From Eubacteriales Family XIII. Incertae Sedis bacterium (lineage in GTDB: Bacteria > Bacillota > Clostridia > Peptostreptococcales > Anaerovoracaceae), in the NCBI GenBank assembly GCA_031266795.1, contig JAISAI010000082.1, positions 1 to 61,710 on the forward strand: DNA of 61,710 nucleotides, given 5' to 3'. Each line of letters starts with the position of its first letter. The stretch's first letter is position 1. Under the pieces are notes generated by a model. The model did not search any database. It was given only the letters and a program-made list of their open reading frames with translations, and had not been told where the DNA came from. Below, piece by piece: positions 1 through 8,011 of the stretch. The translations under genes were made by a program, and so were the position numbers.

Positions 1-1
1 A

Positions 2-217
2 ATCACGTTCAACGCGAACGGCGGCAAGGTGTCCGGCAAGTCAAAGCTCGTGAAGAGCATGAAGAAAGGGTCAAAGCTCGGCAAGCTCAAGACCCCCACG
101 CGCAAAGGCTACAAGTTCAGGGGCTGGTACACGAAAAAGACAAACGGTAAGAAGATCAGCGCGGGGACAAGGGCGGCAAGGGACGCCACCTATTACGCGT
201 ATTGGAAAAAGCGATAG
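2..217 (+). CDS. 3' end of a surface protein (5' end outside window) finishing in a Listeria-Bacteroides (Flg_new / InlB B-repeat) module
   Basis: The frame is open from the window edge. ITFNANGGKV...GYKFRGWYTKKTNGKKISAGT...ATYYAYWKK matches the G(Y/W)xFxGWY...LYAxW module repeated about 20 times in 45750-54032. Confidence 0.6.
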   Translation: MTFNANGGKVSGKSKLVKSMKKGSKLGKLKTPTRKGYKFRGWYTKKTNGKKISAGTRAARDATYYAYWKKR

Positions 218-297
218 CGGATACGTCAAGCGCCATAGAAATATGCTATATTATTAGAAGACGCCTAAATAGTATTCTATTTAAGGAGGTAAATGAT

Positions 298-1224
298 ATG
301 GCAATCACTGGTGTATTGAGGGCTGCTATGATGCAGTTGAGGGTCCTGGATCTCGAAACGTCGGTAGACTTCTATACTAAGGTCGTCGGCCTGTTTGAGG
401 TCGGCAGGACTTCCGACGGCAGGGTGCTGCTCAAGGGCTACGACGAGTTCGATCACCACTCCCTCGCGCTGCGGGGGGCCGAGGCGGCGGGCATGGACTT
501 CATGGGGTTCAAGGTGGCGTCCGACGCGTACCTCGACTACCTCACGGGCAGGACGAAGGAATTTGGATTTCCGACCGAAGATATACCCGCAAATTCCGAT
601 CAGCCCGGCGTGGGCCGCCGCGTATCCGTCAGGACGTCTACGGGGCATCGCATCGACTTCTTCGCGGACATCGAGGGATCCGATCCGAAGCCCAGTATAT
701 TGAATCCTGAAATCTGGACGGTGGAGCCCCGGGGAATCGGCGCGGCCGCGTTTGACCACGCGCTGCTCTTCGGCCCCGGCGCCGCCGAGACCGTGCGCTA
801 CTTCATGGAAGTATGTGGCTTCGCGCCGGTCGAGAAGGGCCTGCTGCCCGACGGCAACGCTTTCGTCACATGGCTCTCCTGCGCGAGCAGGACGCATGAC
901 GTCGCCATCCTCGAGTTCGAGCATCCCGGCAAGCTGCACCATGTGGCCTACAAGCTCGACAACTGGAACGACATCGGCCACGCAGCGGACATCATGACGA
1001 TGAACGAGGTCACGGTCGACGCCGGCCCGATGCGTCAAGGCGCTACAAGGGGACAGATGATATACTTCTTCGACCCCTCGGGGAACCGGCTCGAAGCATG
1101 CGCAGGCGGCTACGCGTACTATCCGGACATGCCGGTCCGCGTCTGGGACTTCGATCATATCGGCAAAGGCGCCTTTTATTACTCAAGGCGGCTCAACGAC
1201 AATTTCCTCAAAATCGTGTCGTAG
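298..1224 (+). CDS. catechol 2,3-dioxygenase (type I extradiol ring-cleavage dioxygenase, XylE-like)
   Basis: AAGGAGG lies 8 nt upstream of ATG 298. Blocks line up with XylE by eye: QLRVLD, GMDFMGFKV, FDHAL, HDVA, KLHHVA, IYFFDPSGNRLE. The His/His/Glu metal-ligand positions appear retained. Confidence 0.85.
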   Translation: MAITGVLRAAMMQLRVLDLETSVDFYTKVVGLFEVGRTSDGRVLLKGYDEFDHHSLALRGAEAAGMDFMGFKVASDAYLDYLTGRTKEFGFPTEDIPANSDQPGVGRRVSVRTSTGHRIDFFADIEGSDPKPSILNPEIWTVEPRGIGAAAFDHALLFGPGAAETVRYFMEVCGFAPVEKGLLPDGNAFVTWLSCASRTHDVAILEFEHPGKLHHVAYKLDNWNDIGHAADIMTMNEVTVDAGPMRQGATRGQMIYFFDPSGNRLEACAGGYAYYPDMPVRVWDFDHIGKGAFYYSRRLNDNFLKIVS

Positions 1225-1228
1225 GGTT

Positions 1229-1258
1229 ACTACTAAACGGCCGCGATCGTTTAGTAGT
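1229..1258 (+). terminator. perfect 11-bp stem-loop between the dioxygenase and hydrolase genes (weak terminator/attenuator or processing hairpin)
   Basis: ACTACTAAACG (1229-1239) pairs with CGTTTAGTAGT (1248-1258) across an 8-nt loop. It is followed by TTTCGATTT. Confidence 0.35.
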
Positions 1259-1288
1259 TTCGATTTATAATCAAGGAGATATGGGCAC

Positions 1289-2128
1289 ATGGCGAAGAAG
1301 AGGCCGGAGATCGCGAATTCTATCAGGACTGGCGGCTACAATACGAACTATCATGACGTCGGCAAGGGCAAGGGCGGGGACTGCCCGCTCGTGATGCTGC
1401 ACGGCTCGGGCCCCGGCGCCAGCGCCTACGGGGTCTGGGGCAGGAGCTTCCCGCTGCTCGGCAAGACGCGCAGGATCGTCGCGCCGGACGTAGTGGGCTT
1501 CGGCTACACGGACAGGCCCGAGGGGATCAAGTACGGGATGGACGTGTGGGTGGAGCAGGTGATCAATCTGCTCGACGCGCTGAAGATAAAGCAGGCCGAT
1601 CTCATCGGCAATTCGTTCGGTGGCGCGCTCGTGCTCGCGATGGCGGTCAGATACCCCAAACGCGTGCACAGGATCGTCCTCATGTGCTCAATGGGCACGA
1701 ATTTTCCGATAACCTACGGGCTGGACCGGGTGTGGGGCTATGAGCCCTCCGTCGAGAACATGAGGGAACTGCTCGGCATATTCAGCTACGATCACGGCTT
1801 CATCAACGACGACGTCGCGCGGGCGCGCTACGAGGCGAGCATACAGCCGGGGTTTCAGGAGAGCTTTCGCTCGATGTTCCCGGCGCCGCGCCAAGACAGC
1901 GTGGCCGCGATTGCGGGCGACGAGGCCTATCTCAACACGGTCAAACAACCGGCGCTCATATTGCACGGGCGCGAGGACAGGGTCGTCCCTCTGCAGAGCG
2001 CGCTGGACTTGGCGCGGGTCCTCGAAAACCCGGAGCTCCACGTGTTCGGCAAGTGCGGCCACTGGGTACAGGCCGAGCGCACGGAGGATTTCTGCCTGCT
2101 GGCCGAGCGATTCCTGTCGAAAAAATGA
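1289..2128 (+). CDS. alpha/beta-hydrolase, meta-cleavage product hydrolase (2-hydroxymuconate semialdehyde hydrolase, XylF/DmpD/BphD-like)
   Basis: GNSFGG nucleophile elbow, HGREDRVVP (Asp) and CGHWVQAE (His) form the triad. It sits directly downstream of the extradiol dioxygenase. Confidence 0.8.
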   Translation: MAKKRPEIANSIRTGGYNTNYHDVGKGKGGDCPLVMLHGSGPGASAYGVWGRSFPLLGKTRRIVAPDVVGFGYTDRPEGIKYGMDVWVEQVINLLDALKIKQADLIGNSFGGALVLAMAVRYPKRVHRIVLMCSMGTNFPITYGLDRVWGYEPSVENMRELLGIFSYDHGFINDDVARARYEASIQPGFQESFRSMFPAPRQDSVAAIAGDEAYLNTVKQPALILHGREDRVVPLQSALDLARVLENPELHVFGKCGHWVQAERTEDFCLLAERFLSKK

Positions 2129-2179
2129 GGGCGGAGAGCCTCTTGGAAATACGGGACAGGCCAGAGCGCGCCACGGCGC

Positions 2180-3481
2180 TTACAGCGTCGCGTCCTGGCT
2201 GAATATTATAAAGTTGACGGAGCTTCGCCATTCGCCGCCGCCCGGATCCACGACGCAAGCCTCTATCACGTACGAACCCTCACGGCCTTGCCCGGCAAGC
2301 TTGGCCATCGGCTCTTCTATCACCGCGCCCGTACCCGAGAAGAGTATGTCGTTCTTGTCCTCCTCCATGACGCGCCACGATACGTCGCCTTCGCTGTGTT
2401 CGCCCCCGATGACGGCTGAGTCCGGATTGACGTGCCCGCATGGGCAATCGCCGCCTGTGAACACTATCGGCAGATCGGGGTCCATGATGGCCGCCGGGGC
2501 TTCTATGGAGGGCGCTGCAATCTCCGCGGCGGATCCGTCCGCCGGCGGATAGGTAACGGCTGGCTGGACAGCGCCCGCAGCGGGAGCGGGGGACGTGGAA
2601 GGCAGAGCGGTATGGGGGGAGGAAGGATAGGGCTGGGTATCCGTAGCCACGGCGGAACCGGTTTTCGCAGGCCTGTCACCACCATCCGAATCCTGGGCTA
2701 CAGGAGTGTCACCCCCAACAGGCGGGGCTTCGCTCCCCCCGGGTTTATCAGAGCCATACGTTCCGCCTACGGCCCCATCCCCCGGCGCCGCGACATCCGC
2801 GACATACGCCGCGGGCGGGTATTCCCCGGCAGCGGGCTGAATCCGCGCCGGCGCCGGCCCGATCACGGGTATGGCCGCCAGCGAGGCGGCGGCCGATATA
2901 CACGTCGCCACAACGAGCATCTTCGTAGCTGCTGCTGCGGAAGCGGGCAGAGAGGCGGACGACGCCGGATTCACCGCCCCGGCGGCGTCCACAACATTGC
3001 CGTGGCCCGCGCCTATGCCCGCCGCCGCTTTCATACTCGACAGCAGGGGCTTTACCGAGTTCATCAAAAGCTCCACATCCGACTTTGCGACGAGGTGGTG
3101 CGCCTCACCTTGAAGCACTCCCGGAAGCAGCGCAAGTACGCCCGATTCCATCCCTGGCGCATATCTCATGTCCCCAACACGCATCTTCCCGACATCCCTT
3201 TCCTCTCTTTTCTCAGTATACCTTTCATACGCTTTCTTTATAGTCTTCTTCGCCCTCAGAATATTTGTTGATACCGTACTCACCGACACGTCCATAGCTT
3301 CCGCGATCTCAGCGTAGCTCATTTCGTCGTAGTAGAACATCAGTATCGCGTCCCTGCGCTTTTCGGGCAGGCCCGACACAATGCGAAGCAGCGTTTCCCT
3401 GTCGTCCGCGTCCTCCGCGTGGGCGTGCGGTATGGCGTCAAAATAGCCGCCAAGACGCGCAACATTTAGTAGGCGGAGCAA
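2180..3481 (-). CDS. sigma-70 region-4 (ECF-type HTH) fused to an anti-sigma-like TM segment, a Pro/Ala-rich linker and a C-terminal Ig-like domain; sigma region 2 is absent
   Basis: LPEKRRDAILMFYYDEMSYAEIAEAMDVSVSTVSTNILRAKKTIKKAY is a region-4 HTH. It is followed by the TM segment MLVVATCISAAASLAAIPVI. The ORF-track N-terminus (3482-3694) overlaps the ADH gene and is Arg-rich junk. Start guessed at TTG 3481; there is no ATG before the HTH. Confidence 0.55.
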   Translation of the reverse strand: MLRLLNVARLGGYFDAIPHAHAEDADDRETLLRIVSGLPEKRRDAILMFYYDEMSYAEIAEAMDVSVSTVSTNILRAKKTIKKAYERYTEKREERDVGKMRVGDMRYAPGMESGVLALLPGVLQGEAHHLVAKSDVELLMNSVKPLLSSMKAAAGIGAGHGNVVDAAGAVNPASSASLPASAAAATKMLVVATCISAAASLAAIPVIGPAPARIQPAAGEYPPAAYVADVAAPGDGAVGGTYGSDKPGGSEAPPVGGDTPVAQDSDGGDRPAKTGSAVATDTQPYPSSPHTALPSTSPAPAAGAVQPAVTYPPADGSAAEIAAPSIEAPAAIMDPDLPIVFTGGDCPCGHVNPDSAVIGGEHSEGDVSWRVMEEDKNDILFSGTGAVIEEPMAKLAGQGREGSYVIEACVVDPGGGEWRSSVNFIIFSQDATL

Positions 3482-3528
3482 TAATATGAGTGTAAGTCTG
3501 TGCCTAAGGCCGCCTGGCCTGTCCGGCG

Positions 3529-4725
3529 CTATCCCCGCGCGAGGCGGAATATCTCGCGGACGCCATCGGCGCCTATGTCCATGAAGCCCGGGATCAGACC
3601 GTCTTCGACGCAGCGCTCGGCTACGGCGCCATATTCGCCTTCGGGAATCCCGAGCTCTGCGAGCGTCACGGGCAGGCCGAGCGAGCGCAGCCACGACGTG
3701 AAGCGCTCTATGCCGTCCGCCGCCACCGCTTCCGCCTCGCCCATCTCCGGCTCGGCGTCGAACACGCGGACGCCGAAGTCGGCCACGCGCGCCACCTGAT
3801 CCGGCGTGCCGCGCCGCACCATGTATTTAAGATACGCGGGCATCATGACGGCGAGGCCCTCCCCGTGCGGGCAGTCGTAGTACGCGCTGAGTTGGCGCTC
3901 GAGCGCATGCTCGCCGCCCTTTCCGTCGCCTGCCCTGCCTATGCCCGTCAGGTCGTTGTGCGAGAACGTGGCCGTGAGCATGAGCTCGGCGCGGGCTTCG
4001 TAGTCGTCCGGGCGCGCTATCGCGACGGGCGCGTACCTCCTGACCGTCCGCATCGTGGCGACGCAGTACGCATCCCCGAGGTAGCTCGCGTAGTTCGTGA
4101 AGTATCTCATATATGTGTGCGAAAATATGTCGGACGCCCCCGCGGCGGTCTGCTTCGCGGGCAGCGTGTACGTGAGCTCGGGATCCATCACCGCGAAAAC
4201 GGGACGGCATACTTCCGGCCACATGAGGCCGGACTTTTTCCCTGTTCCAATGTCGTCGAGGAGTACGGTCGAGCCGCTCGTTTCGCTGCCCGCCGCCGCT
4301 ATGGTGTTGACCGCGCCGACGGGGGCCATGCGCTGCGGTTCCGTTCCATTATAATAGGCCCAGTATTCGCCGTCGTTCGCCATCGCGAGGGCTATCGCCT
4401 TGGCCGTGTCTATCGCGCTGCCGCCTCCGACGCCGAGATAAAAATCCGTCCCCTCCGCGCGGGCGAGCTCTATGCCCTTCTCCACGAGCGAGCGCCGCGG
4501 GTTTGCCTTCACCCCGCCGAGCTCGGCGAAGGCTATGCCCCCGTCGTTCAGCGCTTTCACGATGCGGCCATGCAGGCCGCTCCTCTTGATGCTGCCCGAG
4601 CCATAGACAAAGAGCGCCTTCGTACCGCCGTACTTTCGTATCAAGCCGGCGAGCCCGCCGAGCGCGCCCTTGCCGAAGGCTATCTCCGTGTACATATGAA
4701 AATTGAAATTCGAAAAATTCTTCAT
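3529..4725 (-). CDS. iron-containing alcohol dehydrogenase (butanol dehydrogenase / YqhD-like)
   Basis: GVGGGSAIDTAKAIALAM motif in a 398-aa protein. AAGGAGGGAT lies immediately upstream of the ATG. Confidence 0.85.
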   Translation of the reverse strand: MKNFSNFNFHMYTEIAFGKGALGGLAGLIRKYGGTKALFVYGSGSIKRSGLHGRIVKALNDGGIAFAELGGVKANPRRSLVEKGIELARAEGTDFYLGVGGGSAIDTAKAIALAMANDGEYWAYYNGTEPQRMAPVGAVNTIAAAGSETSGSTVLLDDIGTGKKSGLMWPEVCRPVFAVMDPELTYTLPAKQTAAGASDIFSHTYMRYFTNYASYLGDAYCVATMRTVRRYAPVAIARPDDYEARAELMLTATFSHNDLTGIGRAGDGKGGEHALERQLSAYYDCPHGEGLAVMMPAYLKYMVRRGTPDQVARVADFGVRVFDAEPEMGEAEAVAADGIERFTSWLRSLGLPVTLAELGIPEGEYGAVAERCVEDGLIPGFMDIGADGVREIFRLARG

Positions 4726-4892
4726 GATCCCTCCTTTTGCCTATGTTTATTTTATCACAGACGTAGGCATCACGCTGAAACGCTCAGTTGACAGCGGTGG
4801 TATCTACCGATATACTGAACCTGAGCAGGGTTGCGGCATTGTAGACGTTGCCGCTTGCCATGCTCAGCTGCGATATATCGGGAGGGAATCGG

Positions 4893-5192
4893 ATGCAAAT
4901 CACAACGTCAATCGACGAAAAGCTTACGACCTTATCAATCAGTGGCCGTATTGACACGAATACCAGCTCTACGCTGGAGGCTGAAATCACAAAGGCGCTC
5001 CAATCGAGCCGGGACTTGGTTCTGGACTTTGCCGATGTGGACCACGTCAGCAGCGCGGGCTTTCGCGTTCTCCTGATCGGGCAGAAGATGTCCGTGTCGA
5101 AACAAAGTTCAATGAAAATCATCAACGTCAGCGACTACGTGCGCGCCCTGTTTGATATGGTCGGGCTTCTGAAGGTTCTTATCATTGAGTAG
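4893..5192 (+). CDS. STAS-domain anti-sigma-factor antagonist (SpoIIAA/RsbV-like)
   Basis: GGGAGGGAATCGG precedes the ATG. The product is 99 aa. DFADVDHVSSAGFRVLL carries the conserved phosphorylatable-Ser motif. Confidence 0.75.
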   Translation: MQITTSIDEKLTTLSISGRIDTNTSSTLEAEITKALQSSRDLVLDFADVDHVSSAGFRVLLIGQKMSVSKQSSMKIINVSDYVRALFDMVGLLKVLIIE

Positions 5193-5294
5193 CCTTGATT
5201 ATATCGATAATATTCTTTAGTAAATATTTAACGTACGAAATCTATTCTGATGATATTATAATCGAGTATTGAAAAAGTTGTCGGGAACGCTGCC

Positions 5295-7334
5295 GTGGTT
5301 GCAGAGGGGGTGGACAATTTGAACAACAATATTCTATTACCATTTGAACGGAACAGATACTATCCCGGAAAGCTGCTCACGTCGACGGATTTTCTCGCTG
5401 AGCAGTCCTATCTCAGGAACAAGCGCACTTTTATAAACAGCTTGGTCTACGGTTCCGGCATCATCTGCGGCATGAGCGTCTACAATCTGGACGATACCTC
5501 GATCATGGTCGAGTCCGGCGTCGCTGTGGACGGGCTCGGTCAGGAGATCGTGCTCGAAAATTCCATAGTCAGGAAGCTGTCCGCGATAGACGGCTACAAC
5601 GACTTGAAAAGCAGCGATATATGTCTGTGTCTGCGCTACGGGGAGGAGGACGTCCAGCCCGTCTACGCGGTCGGGTCGCCCGATCGTGAGAGTGATTTCG
5701 AGATGAACCGGATTCGGGAGGGATGTACGCTCTTTCTCGTCGACGCGGACGCGTTGCCCGGCGAGCAGCGCATAGAGTCGGAATTTTTCAGCAGCGACGA
5801 CATCTACGCGGACGGCAATTTTTCGGCGACGCTGAGGATGCCGTCCTCCGTCCCTCGCGGCCGCCGCGTACGGGTCGAGCTTCAGGTGGAAAAGCTTTCG
5901 GATGAGGATCAGGCTTTCGCGCTCGCGGGCGTCTTTGGCGCTCCCGCCTTTACGGGTGAGGGAGGCGAGCATGAATTTCACGTGGATATTCCGGATATAT
6001 ATTTAAAAAAAGGGGAAGTGCGGAGCTTCAATTATTATATAGACGCCAAACAGGAGCCCTCCCCCGAGACTATGATTATCGCAAAACCGGAGGACGTGAA
6101 TATCACGGTCGGCGGCGAAACGCGGCACATGCAGAACAATGTGATGATTCGCCTCTCCATCGTGGATGAGGACACGGTGGACATCGTAGAGCGCGAGCTT
6201 GCGAAGGTGAGCTTGGACGCGCGCTCGTTCGGCGCGGCGCTGGACTACATCCGCTTGGCGGACATCACGATCGAACGCAGCAGCCATACGGTGATCATCA
6301 GCGGCCTGCGGGAGTCCGGTGTGAAATATTACATTCCTGTGATGGCGAACGCGGAGCTCAGACGAGCCTATGCCGCATGGTTTTCGGACGCGCCGGCGGA
6401 CCGCTTCGTCGGCGACCGGGGAGGCGGCAAGGCGTCCGCGTACCAGAATGTCCCCTACGAGCCGGTCTACTCGACGGGGGTCTGTGAGATTCCTCTCGGC
6501 ATAGAGGACAAGAAGGGGCGCATCTACTATTCGGGGGAAATCGTCCACGGGCTCGGCGCCGGCGATGTGCACGTCAGCGTCGGCATAGAATACTTGGCGC
6601 CCGACGAAAAGCTCGGCAAGCCCGCGCGCAACACGATATACGGCGATCCGAACATGTTTGACGACGGCGGCCTGCCCGTGCCGAGGGCGGATCTGGCCGT
6701 GCGCGTCATGAGCGAGCGCGGCAGCTTCATCGTGGCCGCCAAGCTCGCAAAGGCGACAAACCTCGTCGTGCTGCTCGTGCGCTGGACGGCTACGAGGCTA
6801 CCGAGCATGGAGGCGCATACGCTGATGACGCAGATCGCGAGCGACGCGGCCATCTCCCCGCTACAGCCTACGGTGGTGGTCGCGCCGAACGAAAGCCGCT
6901 TTATCGACGTGCGGTTCAAGAACATGGCGCCGTGCGCGCTCGAATACGAGTTGACGGAAAAGAAATCCGGCACGATCACACCCGACGGCATATACACGGC
7001 CTCAAACCGGGAGGGCGTTCATGAGATCCATATATTCAGCCCTGAAAACCCGTTCATATCGACCTATGCCTATGTGGTGGTGAAACAGAAAGACCGCACG
7101 GACGGGGAGTCGTGTGATGTGCGCGGAAGCGGCTGCGGATGTTTATCCCGACGTCTACTACACGACGGAAAGCATGACGTTGAAATGCGTCTCGTTGCTG
7201 TCGCACAGCGGAGTCAATTCCGTGTGGGCCTGCCGCGACATAGGCGCCGCGTCACAGCCGTGGTACACGTTGCTGTCGGTCTTCGATCGCGAAACGGCAA
7301 AAAAGATTCTCACCGCATTTCAGGACTCCGATAA
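5295..7334 (+). CDS. large soluble protein of unknown function with a C-terminal Ig-like module; first gene of the 33-kb array; 3' end doubtful
   Basis: Composition is protein-like up to about 7110 (...STYAYVVVKQKD). An Arg-rich run-on then overlaps the next gene by 218 nt. Start is GTG 5295 or a nearby TTG after GAGGGGG. No signal peptide or TM seen; family not recognised. Confidence 0.6.
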   Translation: MVAEGVDNLNNNILLPFERNRYYPGKLLTSTDFLAEQSYLRNKRTFINSLVYGSGIICGMSVYNLDDTSIMVESGVAVDGLGQEIVLENSIVRKLSAIDGYNDLKSSDICLCLRYGEEDVQPVYAVGSPDRESDFEMNRIREGCTLFLVDADALPGEQRIESEFFSSDDIYADGNFSATLRMPSSVPRGRRVRVELQVEKLSDEDQAFALAGVFGAPAFTGEGGEHEFHVDIPDIYLKKGEVRSFNYYIDAKQEPSPETMIIAKPEDVNITVGGETRHMQNNVMIRLSIVDEDTVDIVERELAKVSLDARSFGAALDYIRLADITIERSSHTVIISGLRESGVKYYIPVMANAELRRAYAAWFSDAPADRFVGDRGGGKASAYQNVPYEPVYSTGVCEIPLGIEDKKGRIYYSGEIVHGLGAGDVHVSVGIEYLAPDEKLGKPARNTIYGDPNMFDDGGLPVPRADLAVRVMSERGSFIVAAKLAKATNLVVLLVRWTATRLPSMEAHTLMTQIASDAAISPLQPTVVVAPNESRFIDVRFKNMAPCALEYELTEKKSGTITPDGIYTASNREGVHEIHIFSPENPFISTYAYVVVKQKDRTDGESCDVRGSGCGCLSRRLLHDGKHDVEMRLVAVAQRSQFRVGLPRHRRRVTAVVHVAVGLRSRNGKKDSHRISGLR

Positions 7335-8004
7335 AAATACGGACAAGCCGCCTTACATCCGCTCGTTCCTGCAAGGCGAGGAACTCTGCTTCCTGTTCCC
7401 CTATCACGCCGAGCGGCCCTTGGCGGAATTTGCGGAGGGGCAGATCACGACGCCGGCCGTGCGCGAGGCGATCTGCGTCAACCTCATCTTGGCCTGTTTG
7501 GAATCGCCCCTGCCGTGGCCCCTGCTCTTTCTCGCGTTCGATCAGGATAAGATCAACGTCGAAAAGGACAACGGCGTATTTCTCAGTACCACATTCGATC
7601 TGACGCAGCTGAATGCGTCGGTATCGGAGGCGGACTGCGTCGGGCGCTGCGCGGAGGTCATGCTGCGCATACTGCGCCTCAACCAGAAAAAGCGGCTGAA
7701 AAGCTATGAGCTTCTGAACCGAAAGGTGGAGCACGGCGCCTATACGCAGTTTTCCGAGGTCTATCACGACTTCAGGCTCACGGGCCTCAGGCGCAAAAAG
7801 CGTTTCAGGCTCTCGCTCATCAGCGCGTTTGTCGTCGCGCGCAAGGACATATTTTTCAGGATACTGCTCGTATTCAGCGTCGTATGCGCCGTGGTTGCGG
7901 CAGTAATGCTCATCAGTTATTTGGCCGTCGGCAGCTTCCCTCTGTTCAAACTGTTCGGGCAGAGCATGGACATGATCGGAACGGAACAGTTGAACGTGAA
8001 ATGA
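7117..8004 (+). CDS. tail-anchored membrane protein: ~245-aa cytoplasmic domain plus one C-terminal TM helix
   Basis: GGGGAG lies 7 nt upstream of ATG 7117. TM helix FRILLVFSVVCAVVAAVMLISYLAV lies near the C-terminus. Family not recognised. Confidence 0.6.
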   Translation: MCAEAAADVYPDVYYTTESMTLKCVSLLSHSGVNSVWACRDIGAASQPWYTLLSVFDRETAKKILTAFQDSDKNTDKPPYIRSFLQGEELCFLFPYHAERPLAEFAEGQITTPAVREAICVNLILACLESPLPWPLLFLAFDQDKINVEKDNGVFLSTTFDLTQLNASVSEADCVGRCAEVMLRILRLNQKKRLKSYELLNRKVEHGAYTQFSEVYHDFRLTGLRRKKRFRLSLISAFVVARKDIFFRILLVFSVVCAVVAAVMLISYLAVGSFPLFKLFGQSMDMIGTEQLNVK

Positions 8005-8011
8005 GGGTAAA

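Noticed and set aside
3482-3694. N-terminal 70 codons of the ORF-track version of the sigma-like gene
   Set aside because: It overlaps the 3' end of the alcohol dehydrogenase gene on the same strand in another frame, and it is nearly pure Arg/Ala/Pro.
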